A DNA stretch of 64,000 bases, from positions 74,147 to 138,146 of the forward strand of contig MCFE01000186.1 in the NCBI GenBank assembly GCA_002104905.1, given 5' to 3'. Every line of letters begins with the position of its first letter. Positions within the stretch are counted from its first letter, which is position 1. The notes below the pieces were generated by a model. The model saw only the letters and a program-made list of their open reading frames with translations, made no database searches and had not been told where the DNA came from. Source of the stretch: Basidiobolus meristosporus CBS 931.73 (taxonomy: Eukaryota; Fungi; Basidiobolomycota). Of this stretch, positions 47,694 through 59,652 are shown in pieces. The position numbers and the translations under genes are program-made.

Positions 47694-49406
47694 ATGGAGT
47701 TCGGCCTTTCCGCTTCGTCGAATCAAACTTTCATCACGAGCTTGCCTATTTTCGAAACTTTCCACCAGTCACCAAACGGCGACTTCAGAACCTCTTTCTA
47801 CAACCCCTTTGAGGTGAAACACAGGAAACGAACCACCAAGGGACAGTTCAAAATCCTTGAGAAGGCGTTTTATGGGAATCCCAAGCCCAACAATGCAGCC
47901 AGGCGTACGTTGGCTCAGGAGCTGGGCATGACTCCTAGGGGAGTTCAGGTTTGGTTCCAAAATCGACGTGCCAAGGCCAAGAATTTGAAGAACCAAGAGA
48001 AAAGCCAGGACGATGTGTTCTCCGGAGAGACGGAGAACGAATTCGGCTTCGGGGATGACAACTCCAGCTCGGATTCCGAGGGCAAATCACAGACTTGTGA
48101 GGATGAGGTGCCTCAAGTATCCACCACTGCCGTCGATCCGCCCACTACTAGTACGCCACAGACCATAAGCAAGGAAACGACCAAAAAGACGAAAAAGCGC
48201 CACCATGATTCCAGCGAAAGCTCCCCTAAAAAGCCTAACCTAGGCCAAACAGCTCCAAGCAATCCACAATGCTACGCACAGCGCCAGAGTAATGCTGCCC
48301 AGCGATCATCGCGAAGGGATGGACTCGATGCTCAGTCACAACGCAAAAGACCGTTGGAATCCCAGGTTGAGTACTACCAAGCCAAACACCCCATCGGCGT
48401 GCCCAGCCCTGTCGATAGCTACGTTGAGTTCAGTGACCAGGGACACTCCATGCCGGGGTCCAAGTCTCACTGGGAGCCTTTTGGCTCCATGTCGCCCGCT
48501 GAGAACAACTTCCCCCCAGATCTCCTCAGCCCGATGTCTAGCTATGTATCCAATGTTGTATCGGCCCCAATGTCGGTTTCCTCACTTCCAGATCACCTCC
48601 ACGATTATGTCTCCACATATAGCTCGTCTGCGAACTCGTTTGCCGATGACCTCAGTAACCATAGCGATGTAGGAGGCCATCCGATGAATTTGCCCCCATC
48701 GGTCAACTTTGCAGTCAATACGAGGCGAAACTCCTGTCCCCCGGAATTCGTTGCCTCCTATGGTAGCATGGGCTTCGACCCCACCCAGAAACTGCAACTA
48801 GACACCATTGCCGAAAATATGCACTTCTTCAGTGAACCCGCCCACTTGGCCAATCATCCACAAACCCCACCTTGCTTTGATACACAACAGCCGTCATCAG
48901 ATGCTTCTTATTTCGTGATGCATGATTCGCTGGAGCCTTCATTCTCAAAGCCAGTCTACTTCCAGCTTTCTCATTCCGCTTCGTATGGTAATTTTGCAAC
49001 GCATATGGGTGATGATGGCAAGCATCGAATGCGACGATTATCCGAGCCTCGAATTGGCAAAGGCTACAATCTCGTGTCACTTTCCAATGAGGAGATTCTA
49101 TTAAGCCACCAAGGTGTCCATCATCAACATCAACCACTCCTGTCCACCAATTCAGTTCCGCAATACGAGCCCGTAGGGCCTAGCACCTACATGCGAGGTC
49201 ACAATATGATTCCAACTAATTGGGATATCCCAGAGAAAATTTCCAATAGCCTACCCACCTCATATGCGATGGGTGTAGCCCACATAGCTCAACCAGGGAT
49301 CCCTCTGGATGGGTCGATGTCTGCAGTGGGGGTTAGTACCACCGTGCCTTATATGGACGACCTGAGCTACTCCGTCTATTCCGCTGGGGGTGCTTTCTCT
49401 CCTTAG
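47694..49406 (+). CDS. Homeodomain transcription factor, 570 aa, intronless
   Basis: FYNPFEVKHRKRTTKGQFKILEKAF...LAQELGMTPRGVQVWFQNRRAKAK (Q50-type homeodomain) followed by a long S/P-rich tail. Confidence 0.95.
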   Translation: MEFGLSASSNQTFITSLPIFETFHQSPNGDFRTSFYNPFEVKHRKRTTKGQFKILEKAFYGNPKPNNAARRTLAQELGMTPRGVQVWFQNRRAKAKNLKNQEKSQDDVFSGETENEFGFGDDNSSSDSEGKSQTCEDEVPQVSTTAVDPPTTSTPQTISKETTKKTKKRHHDSSESSPKKPNLGQTAPSNPQCYAQRQSNAAQRSSRRDGLDAQSQRKRPLESQVEYYQAKHPIGVPSPVDSYVEFSDQGHSMPGSKSHWEPFGSMSPAENNFPPDLLSPMSSYVSNVVSAPMSVSSLPDHLHDYVSTYSSSANSFADDLSNHSDVGGHPMNLPPSVNFAVNTRRNSCPPEFVASYGSMGFDPTQKLQLDTIAENMHFFSEPAHLANHPQTPPCFDTQQPSSDASYFVMHDSLEPSFSKPVYFQLSHSASYGNFATHMGDDGKHRMRRLSEPRIGKGYNLVSLSNEEILLSHQGVHHQHQPLLSTNSVPQYEPVGPSTYMRGHNMIPTNWDIPEKISNSLPTSYAMGVAHIAQPGIPLDGSMSAVGVSTTVPYMDDLSYSVYSAGGAFSP

Positions 49407-52400
49407 GCGCCCTATCGACTTGTCTTTGGTGTATTCTGCACCAAGAGCACTCTTCTTCACCGCCAACACTATGTAAATAGCTACTCTATCTTGTATACTT
49501 GCCACCCCAGCCTATTTGGTCACTTGACCTTCCAGCTCTTAGTTTTGATGATTTTTCTAATTTATTCTGTTCCTCAGTATTATAATGTACAATAATGTAT
49601 TTGACCATCTTTCTATCAATTTCTTTGCCATTCGGCACTAGTAAGTGCGCTTCTTTATTGCGATTAAACTGAACACTAGAAGTATCTTCCGCCTGGCAAC
49701 CACTGTGTGCATGATTTCTACTCGTGATCTGGGGATAGCCAGTATCCTGGTGAAAGAGCATCTGGGTGGATGCAACGACCTGGGGACGATTGTCTGTGGT
49801 AAGCGCCGGAGATAATCAAGCTGCTCTTGCCTAGCACGAAGAAACCACCAATGCTGGGAACCATCACTCAGCTAACCTAAATCTTCGTCATATTGTATAG
49901 AATCTAGTGTTACTACGGATTGGGAAAATGGGAATTGCCATACGGCAGGAATGGAAATTGAGACAAATGGAACATTACCTCTCCAATTTTCATCGGACAT
50001 TAATCCTGTATCTCTTCCGGATTCTTCTATATCATGCAGAGGCCGAATGGAGAGAATTCACAAGAGGCTGCTCAAGTGATGGACAATCATGGAGACATGT
50101 CATACCCACCTACGCTTTAGTCTATTACCCAGATGTTCATGATATCAGTGGCACATTGCATATTAACCACGATTTCAAGAGACTCGTAGAGTAAGGAAGC
50201 CTGGCTGCCTGATCACTCCCACGAGCGGTATAGTGTAATGGACCTGTGAGCTTGCGTTGGCCCCGTTGGGTGCAACAGCCAGTTCAAATACCTGAAAAGT
50301 CTCGACGGCTGTGTACACCTGAGCAGAACTTGTATTGGATTAAACCAAGTGGAGGTCATAAGGACATTTAGCATAAGCGCCGGTTTACCCCAGTACACAC
50401 CAAACGACATTCGTATCTATATTCACATCCCCATCCAAATTTGTAACTATATTCTTATCTCCGCGCCATTTCTGCGATGTCCAACATTCAGCCCCCAGAG
50501 GCGTATATTAGCTTGCGATCAATTCAAAAGCGCGTGATCCTCCCAACAAGCATGTGGTATGCACGACGCTCGCCATGACGATTCAACTGGCAGAATGGCT
50601 CGAGACTATCTATAATGAGAATGCCAAAGATGCATTTTCGAAATAACCTTTTTGCGTAATACGATATAACCTATCGTAATTGAGTGGCCCTTTATGCAGA
50701 TGACGCTGTAGCCGAGGAGGACACTTGATGCTCCCCAAAAACCAGACGTTAATACATGTGTGGGAGGGTGAACAGCCAGACCAGCGCTTCAACAGCTCGA
50801 ATCCCCCTAAAGAAATGGGTCTAGTCTTTGAAGAGAGGGTCGGGGCATTACTCTGACGTCACACCCTTCTCTTCTGGCCTCGTAGCCTGGTGCCGCTACC
50901 CAAACGCATGTAGCTTAATACGATGGACTGCATTACCGCAAGTATGCATGCCCGGGGGCAATTGGCACTGTGCAACTGGCACCTTATCTGTAGAATCGTT
51001 AATTGTTGCTCTTGTCGTTCGGACGGATAAGACATTCCCTACATCATTAAGTGCGAGGCAGCCTGATTGCGTTAGCATATCAAGATACGGAAGCCTGATT
51101 TTACCTGGAGTGCCCGTAAGCACCTTGTGCGTAAATCCTGTATAGAGCTCGCTGCTTATGTGTAGCTATCTGGCATATCCGTGGCATGATGACCATCGGG
51201 TATGTCACTGGGGATCCTTAATGCTCCTTGTGTGTTTGTTTATTTTCTGGCGGCAGTCAGCGCTGCACCACAATACCAGATCCATGCTGGACATCAGAGG
51301 TGCATGTCAAAAGAACGCTGATGCAGCTCGAATCCAGAATATATCGTGCTCTCTCTGACCTGTTGGTGCGGTAATCCCGAATCAATTTTGCTACGTGACC
51401 TGGGCACCACATTTGTTTGTGATTTTAAATCATTCCAACCATTCCAACTCGATTCAATAGAACTCGGAAGCTGTTGTGTCACCCGAGTGATGATGCTTTA
51501 ATTTTCAAGCCAGTTCCTTCGGTCAATAAGCTCGATAGGCGCTTTATCGGGCTCTATCGAAGGGGATGTCTACTACTCCGCCAGGACTGAGGCGGATCGC
51601 CTCTTCGCAAGCCATCTATGCTTCAAAGATGGATGAGAATTTCCAACCTTCGTCGTCAGATAAATTGTATGATATTGGGCCATCTGATAGGTCTCCGTTG
51701 AAACTGAACGCGATCCACTGACCAATTGGGCCTCACGGCCATGATTAATATGTAATACACTCAAGGTGACACCAGTATCTTGACATGACCGCAAATGGGC
51801 ATTTCGAGAGCCATTTATTAAGAAAACAATCCTGGAGTGAGAATCAGGAAACAGCGCTCATTTGAATGATGACACGGTAACTACCGGTAGGAAAACTTAC
51901 CATTTTGGTGAGTGAAAAGGGGTTTTCTCCACCTTTGCCCACCATTTTTGTACTTCCCCTGATGGAATCTCTCAATCTCAGGGTGAAGATTGTCATGCAT
52001 CAGCATCAAGACCAAAATATTCTTGACTGCAGTTTCCCATACTACGACGCTTTCCTTAAAACCCGAAGCTTAGAATACATGCAAGCCCATTTGAGCATAT
52101 CAAATCTCTGAGTATATGTGCTTTTCTGTGCGTAGGCTGATCACTATTCCTGGATCGGAAGATCTCTCGAATGGTGCGTTGATGCCACCGGCGTCCACCT
52201 GAGCCGGCTTATCCGTAGGCCTTGACAGAAAAGAAATCATATCATGGGCTCACTTCGCCATTTCCCATGACAACTCCAAGCAGGTTCTCCGTATATGCCT
52301 TCGCCCTTGTGTCCAAGTGTCTATACCCGCCACTAAGCTAAATCCTACATCGGAGCCTGATTTGGGTTTTTACAGAATGGGTGTTTACCATACAGTGCTC

Positions 52401-54049
52401 GTCTCAGAAATGATCCAATGAAGCAGTTTAGAAGATTCAATTCTCAATGCTGGTAAAGGGACAGCAGCTGCAACCGTAGCTTCAAGTCACGGATTCAGCA
52501 GTAAGTGTCCTTTCTATCTTACATGGAAACGCCCTTAACCACTCGAATTAGCAAATGCCGTGACTTATTGTGAGGGTTGGGGAGTCTACTAAATTCTCGT
52601 GTGTATTCCATACGGAATTAGATAATTCTCATCAAACAGACACTTCCGCCAAATTAACGATTCACGTTGAATCTTCTATCAAGCATTCGACATGTTGCAT
52701 CAATTCTATCCATTAATATTGCTCTTGTTGGCCACCAAACGGGGTCAGAAATGGTGCTCCTCAAGGTTACACGAGAGACATATTTCGTCGTATCGTTCCA
52801 TTTGGCGATTGCTTAAGCTCCTGGAAATCTGATTGGCCTATTGACTAAAAGCAAGATACAACAACAGACCAATTATTGCTCTACAATCTTGAAATAGAAA
52901 TCCGTTGGTGAACTGGATGATCAGTAATTAAATATGTAATTAAAAATACTTCAAACTAAGCCAAGGGTGAAAGGGCAGCGCTTCATAAAGGAAGTATCAG
53001 GGTTTGGATAATTTGAGAAAGTTTATCCTTCACAAGGTAAAACAGGTGCAGATACAGGTAGACCGTTTGGGTAACTTGTAACGTAGTTCTAAATAGAACG
53101 GAATCATTGGAGTCTGGGCTATCACACGTAATTCCATTCGTTTGCTAAAACAGGCGAACTCCGACGGCGGGTGATACCTACCATACTAATGACACTGGAG
53201 TGGTGAGCATGTTCGATCTGGAATGTGCTCATTTTGCGTTGGAATATACTAGAATAAAGTTCCATTTTGGCATTCACAATCACGATGTTGCAGTTAGCAC
53301 CTTCGAGATTGCCCGCAAGCGTTATTTTGGGTTTATTTCATACGGGCACGATTTTTATTTTATGCCCGCCAAGGCTTACGCACAACAATATTCGAATGCC
53401 GCCTATACGCCTTGTTAAGTGGATTACATGGAGGCCATTGCCATATTCGAGTATCTATGAGTTGTATGCCGCAACAAGTGTAGGTACGCACATTGATATA
53501 AATCCTTTGTTTTTCGCAATTATTGCTACAGTAGGAGCCAACACTATCTGCAGAAAACATGAAGCGCAAATGTGCAATTATTTCACAAGTCTACCTTGTC
53601 AATATACTCTAAGAGTATGCATAGGCCCATGATAGAGATTTCTGATGAATACCACCACTTAGAAATGTGAAAATCAGCCTACAAACCTCTATCAAATAAG
53701 CGTTGGGGGTTGTGCGTGAGTATATAACATGCAATATATGAGCCCTCATAAACCATTTCTATTTGAAAATTTTGAAAGCCCGCAGCTGGCTGCCTTTTGC
53801 ACAGGTAATGAATGGCGGATAATTTAGGCTGTGAGTGGAGTAGGGTGCCATCAAGAGCCTACAGTAAGAGAGAATTCCTCCTCCAAAAAAATCCATTTTC
53901 GAAATTTTCATCAGGAGCATATTGCAAATAATACTTCTTAAGATCAGCAATTCCCATTCTAACCAATACCTCTATTTGATAACAGGTAGATATTAGCCCT
54001 TGTATTTAGATTGTTTTGACTTCATAGGATGTATGAAGTCCAAATGAAG

Positions 54050-55335
54050 TGAATGAAATCTCTCCAGTATGCACTTTGTGATAGCGTTTATGTTTTTCAA
54101 CACAATTGCAAAATACTATCTTTGGTCACCTCCACTGAAGCAAGTCTTTTTTAAATTTTAATTGGACCAAGTAATCCCGCACTTCATTGGTACATATTTG
54201 GTCAACTATTTTTCAAGCATTTGAAAGCCAACCTTACCAGCTTGGAGTGTCATATTAGCAGCACAAAAAGAACCTGAAAATGTAATCCATGGAGCACCTG
54301 CTGCCTTTTTAAGACATGACTCTACTTGCTTGTATCAATCCCATATTCCTCAATCACTTCAGGTCACGGAATTGGGTTATAGATAGTCCAATGTGATGTG
54401 GCTTCTTTGAGACTTTCTTAACATTGGGTAAGCCAGCTCCTGATCATAGATTCAGTGAAGTATCAACGACCAAATAATCAAAAGGCCGTAGACAAGTTTA
54501 CGTGTGCACATTTAAGGCATAAACGATGGATCTAATCTGGTCAAGGACATTGATTCTTTGATGTTCGTGAGAAGGGATTTCAAGAAAATACTTTCTCAAA
54601 TATCTTTAAATCTTGTATATGACATATATTCTGTAAAGTCAGCATTCATCAAGTAATGAGAAGAGCCATTCTTTGAGTAAGCTTCTTCGCCTTAATGGTT
54701 GATCAATGCAATCTACAACATGTACTTGGTAAATGTAATGTCAGTCCAGGGGGCAACACTACTTGCATAAGCATTAATTCTCTGAATGGTAGTGTGAAAG
54801 TGATCCAAAGGAAGGAAGAACAAGAAATAATCCAGTGGTGAGGCATTCTTGTCATTTTCATATTTAACCAAGCTTTCAAGCAGATAGAGTCATCAGCTGG
54901 TCCGCTTATGCGGGTATCATTGTACACTTCACCAGTTATCCAGGTATCTGCAGTAGTGAAGTCAGCTTCATTTTACTCTTGCTCCTCTTCTTGGATAGAA
55001 TCCTTCAAAAGGTCTTTGGTGGCAATGCTCTGGGTGTTATTAGCAGCTGCAGGCCCAATGTTTCCCAAGGTACCATTACTGTTAGTCTCAATGTACTTCA
55101 AACAGTTTTGTGAAAGAGTCAATGCAAATCCCGGTAACAGATCCAAAATGACATCATGGTTCACATTGTCATTGAATATTGAACGTTCAGTGATAACTCC
55201 CTTGAAGCTCAAACCAGGTGTATTCTAGTCAAAACGCAGAGATGAGAAAAGATGTTTGACTTCCTTGAGTTCGATAAATCGCTTGGATACTAGTACACGT
55301 ACATTAACATCGAGATGTTTACCGGCAGGAGGCAT
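54050..55335 (-). pseudogene. piggyBac-like (DDE_Tnp_1_7-type) transposase relic
   Basis: Frame-hopping translation gives SPLDYFLFFLP...INAYA...WTDIT...FTEYMSYTRFKDI and YLVVDTSLNL*SGAGLPNVKKVSKKPHHIG, resembling the xxDESM...KxPxKP segment; multiple stops and shifts; no TIR or TTAA TSD located. Left boundary approximate. Confidence 0.68.
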
Positions 55336-55586
55336 GATTTAAGTCTTAAGAAAAGATAAATAGAATATGATAAGTTATCATAACAACTCCAAGAAATAAA
55401 TATTCAAGTACTCGTTTATCAGAATATGATATGAAATAAGCAAAGAAAGACACTCATCCAGTAAAAACATTTGTATTTTATTCGGACCGGTTGGTCCGGC
55501 CGAATATTTATTTGCTAATGATGCAACTGTTGGTTTACAAAGTGAACAATATAGATACGTTTTTGAGCTGTTCTGGGATATATAAC

Positions 55587-56408
55587 TTAGTAAGTGGCTT
55601 CACCATGGTCATATGCAGCATATTGGGGTTGATTGCCTTTGGTATTCACATTTCCGGCCGCAATGTTGGATGATTGTACTGTGGACTGGACATTGGGAAT
55701 TGCATGGTCTCTCGTAGCTGGGTATGCGCCCTGGAAAACACTGTTGGGATCGGATGCAGTCTCACTGGCTGCAGATCTCGCTGGAAGAGGGTTGTTATTG
55801 TCATGGATGTGATTGTTATCATGGGCGGCTGTTGGTTTACTATCTACAGTAGCAGGGTATGCACCCTCAAAGACCCCCTGCCCGTCGGGGTTTACATTGT
55901 AGTTGGATATATGGCCAGCCATGTGTCTCTGCTCGGGGTTTCCAGCATGGTTATTGGGGTTATTGTGCACCCTTTGTGGACTGGCCTGATTGGGATCGCT
56001 TGGGTGTTCATGTGCGATGTTCTGTCTGCTTACACCATGAGTACTATCCCGGCTGTCGGGTTTATCATTAATTAAGGATCCGGAACCGGATGAGGTTTCT
56101 GGGATTGTGGTAGCCCCTGCAGCTCCTGAGAGCTGGGGCGCATTAGAGTGTGAATCAGCAGTACCATAACGGCCCTCCTCATGAGCCTCTTTATGGAAAA
56201 GACCCTTAACCTTCTCCTTTATAGCAGAAAGATGTGGGTGATTTGGCTCATGAGAATGAGCGCTGTTGACACTTTTCTCTTTGCGAACGTGATGTTCATC
56301 ATGGATCAAGTTGTGTTGATTTCTCTCTTGTTGAATTAGCTGAGGGTCCAATTCTTCACGAGGAACTCCTTGGCCAGGCGTAAATCCGGGAACGTTGGTG
56401 TGGTCCAT
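55587..56408 (-). CDS. 273-aa His/Asn-rich hydrophilic protein (LEA/dehydrin-like composition)
   Basis: ATG at 56408 (the track's 56414 start is TTG); TATAAA about 70 bp upstream; contains HPHLSAIKEKVKGL and a duplicated VF(E/Q)GAYPAT. Confidence 0.85.
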   Translation of the reverse strand: MDHTNVPGFTPGQGVPREELDPQLIQQERNQHNLIHDEHHVRKEKSVNSAHSHEPNHPHLSAIKEKVKGLFHKEAHEEGRYGTADSHSNAPQLSGAAGATTIPETSSGSGSLINDKPDSRDSTHGVSRQNIAHEHPSDPNQASPQRVHNNPNNHAGNPEQRHMAGHISNYNVNPDGQGVFEGAYPATVDSKPTAAHDNNHIHDNNNPLPARSAASETASDPNSVFQGAYPATRDHAIPNVQSTVQSSNIAAGNVNTKGNQPQYAAYDHGEATY

Positions 56409-57015
56409 AGTCAACTTAGCGTATTTTTATTGCAGATGAAGTAGTGGTGTTTGGATTGCGCAAAGCAATTCGCATTTATATCATTCAAGCACTGACCAAA
56501 TATGATGGTTATGAAACGGCGACGTCACGAGCTTTGATTGATGTCACCGAGATGCTATTGTTTCATTCCCAGGGTTTACTATTTGGGATTTGGGGATTCA
56601 AACGTTTGAATTAAAACCCGGGGTAGATCCTTATTATTCAAATGGCATATATAGCAATATATTGGTGTATCTCCACCATCGCCATCATTGTAGTGATTTT
56701 GCATGTCCATGAGCGATGATATAACATAAGTTGAACACTCAACCGGATATGATGCATCATAATTCCACATTCTAATGTAAAAATCTAGTTCCAGAGCCCA
56801 AAGTAGGCTATACAATAACACCATTGAGTCATCGTGGCATCTTGGTGTTCAATACTTAACGTATCCCGTGGCAACATATACCAGCGTTTCCAAAGCCACG
56901 CCTACAATCAGGGATCCAGACCATGGAACCACTTCTGTAAGAGAATTATCTCGAGTTTATTTAGTGTGACTTGTGTATCTAACATGCATAGAGCGAGGTC
57001 CAGCAGAATCAAAGG

Positions 57016-57228
57016 CTACTCTGGGCCAGTTTTCCCGTTTTGGTGTTCAGCTTCTGGATCTGAATTGTGGTTTTTACCAAGAAGAGTTTTCACAGTGTCT
57101 TTAATAGCACTTAGGTGGGGGTGTTTGGTAGTAGCGTCTTCTGGTTGCTCCGAGGGAATGGTTTCCTGTGTATATGGATAAGCTTGCTGCTGCTGAGTTT
57201 GGTTGGAGTGGCCAAGATGTGCGTCCAT
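57016..57228 (-). CDS. 70-aa hydrophilic microprotein sharing the HPHLSAIK motif
   Basis: HPHLSAIKDTVKTL matches the motif of the neighbouring gene; TATAAAA about 50 bp upstream (57275-57281). Confidence 0.78.
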   Translation of the reverse strand: MDAHLGHSNQTQQQQAYPYTQETIPSEQPEDATTKHPHLSAIKDTVKTLLGKNHNSDPEAEHQNGKTGPE

Positions 57229-57524
57229 GATGCTTTGCGAGATGAATTTTTGAGGGCTTTGGTTAAGGTTACCATTTTATAGTCGATATGCGGGCAGCTA
57301 CAATGGCCGCTATGTCATCCGATGATGTCATGGCGCATTTCAATGGCTGGCTTGTAAAATTAGTTATCAATTCGCCACTTACCATATATGGCTTAGAAAA
57401 ATTGAACTACCATTTTCTACTAATAATTAGTACTACAACCATTCGCTTTGATGCTAGATAGGGGCATACGATTGGTACAGTCAGCATCGTTAGGTGGTGC
57501 ATATGCGTCTGTGTATATGGCCTA

Positions 57525-57532
57525 TGACGTCA
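57525..57532. promoter_or_regulatory. Palindromic CRE/ATF-type site TGACGTCA
   Basis: Exact consensus about 300 bp upstream of the 70-aa gene; function inferred only. Confidence 0.45.
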
Positions 57533-59527
57533 AAAATCCATCAGAAAGCTGCCGATGCCAGTGATGGCCAAGTATACTACTGGTCATCCGTACTTCCCAT
57601 GTAATCGCCGCGTAGTATTTACTGATGCATATGAACATAGTCGAATATTCCGATACTGCAAAATACAATAGGTAGCTACCAAGAAAGGACTAGGACTTCA
57701 CTTGGGCAGATATTATCCTTAGAATGCGTGTTTACTGCTCCAATGCAGCGAATGAGAGTGCGAGTAGAGGGAATAATCAAGATATATATATATATGTTTA
57801 TGCTTGAGCTCAGTTAATGTATGTGACCATTATCAGATTTAAGTATACGGATGGCTCTACTGAAGTTGTTCCGCTGACACTGACACATTTTTAATGGGTG
57901 CATGTCAGCATATCCAATAAGGACTTATTGAGTCAGATAGATATTTTCAATATTATCTCCATTATCTGCAGATGCTATCAGTTGCAAACAACTAGCCTCT
58001 CTCTGGAGGTACATATTTAGGAGGTGGAGGGAAGTCACAATTGTGGTGAAATCTTTATTTTGGCAAGTAGTACCAAAATCACCATAGATAAAAAATAAAA
58101 ACAGCTTTTAAATCTTAGAATTAGGGCTCTAGTGCTATATTGGGAATTTTGCACATAAAGTGCAATCTTAAAATATGACATATTCATATGACTACAGCAA
58201 CTAACATAAAAAATAAGCAACTACTTTGTCAGCAAAAGAGGTAAAAGAGACTGTAAAGCTTTAAAGGAAAAGTTATGGACACAAGAAGCTTAAAGTCACT
58301 TTCATTGCCCCTATACAGCAAGAGGCTAAAGGTATATAAGGGCAAGCTAAGATGACAGAGCTAAAGTATCTTGTTTTGCCTTACAAAGAAAACAATGAAG
58401 TCTGCAGAAGCTTGAAAGGAAACAAGCCTTTCCATAGTGGTGGCTAACTGGGAAATGTACAGAAGGACTCATTGATTCAACTGAAGAATACAAGAGACTG
58501 GAGTAAAGCTGTAGAGAAATGAACCAGAAGCTGAGAATCAGGCAAATACTCCAGCACCACTCATGACAAGGGGAGCTGCAGAAACTTGAAAGGAAACTCA
58601 AAGTCTCCATTGGGATGGCTTCAGGGGAATTCAACAGTCAGGCCTTTACATCACCAGAAATAAGCCAAGTTTGAAAGAAAGAAAACAAGGAGGGAAAGAA
58701 AAAAGAAAGCAGGAAAAGAATTGGGTGGGTGTGTGGTTGGCAAATCTTAATGGTGAAGGTTATTGTTAGAGATCACATTAATAGGCTAGGTGAGATTATG
58801 TTGTGCATCAACATTTAAAACTTAGCCAATTTCACTCCATTAGAAAATCTAGTACCCTAACTGATTTTCCCTAACCCAAATATAACTAATCCCTGTTATG
58901 GTTTATTTTATCACTTCTCAGAATCTATTTTTAGCTGTCACACCTGATCAATTTTCAAGTGGTCATTATGTCCTCAACTGATTTGCCAAGTGTTTACAGA
59001 GGATTAGTCATCTCAGATCCATCCAACCACTTAGTACTTGCCAAGACATCAGCTGATTAATGATGCAATTTTTCATTTATCTTATGCACCTATCAACACC
59101 CATACTGTAACAGATTTCAATTAGTCCAGTCTCTTGGCACTTACTAATTCAACTTGATCAGAAAAATATAAATAAAGATTACTGAACTTTTGGTTTAGTG
59201 TGTCTCAACAAAACTAAGATTGTGCCTCAGCAAAATTAAGAATTCAACAATTCTGTTCTAGTTTCCACCCAAGCCTAGCATATCAAGCATTCCCAAGAGC
59301 ACCAAGCCTAGCCTGTATAGCAAACCAACTCTGTTGTCTTTATAGCCCAACTCAACTATATATGAAACCAATATTAGACCAGAACTTCTCTGCTAATATT
59401 TCTGTCACCCTTGACAATTCTAAGGTTCTGCACTTAGTTATCACTTAGGTTCAGTTAACTCATTCAAGAGTTTTATTACACTTTTCTCTTGGATACAACA
59501 GATTGTTAGGGAAGGAGCATCAGGCCT

Positions 59528-59650
59528 GGGGGGGATCATAATCACCAAGAGTTAATACTTATATTTAAGCTATAAATAAAGAGGCCAAGATGAGATATAC
59601 ATTTGGAATACAGAAAGCTTACAAGACAAACCTGGACTTAGTCAATTCCC
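59528..59650 (-). mobile_element. Probable 3' end of a third LINE-like family
   Basis: Element strand ends TTGGTGATTATGATCCCCCCC, resembling the family A end TTGGTGACTGTCTCCCCCCC. Confidence 0.45.
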
Positions 59651-59652
59651 TC

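Noticed and set aside
53200-53632. Overlapping 72-aa and 121-aa ORFs
   Set aside because: No homology cue, promoter or splice signals recognised.
54703-55212. ORFs 54973-55212 and 54703-54927 as independent genes
   Set aside because: They are consecutive pieces of the piggyBac-like relic, separated by a single TAA and followed by a frameshift.
58330-58760. Purine-rich stretch with a short duplication (agaa(g/a)cttgaaaggaaac)
   Set aside because: CpG-poor decayed repeat with stops in all plausible frames; no family recognised.
59506-59511. Single TTAGGG just left of the LINE stack
   Set aside because: One hexamer, not at a demonstrable junction; expected by chance.
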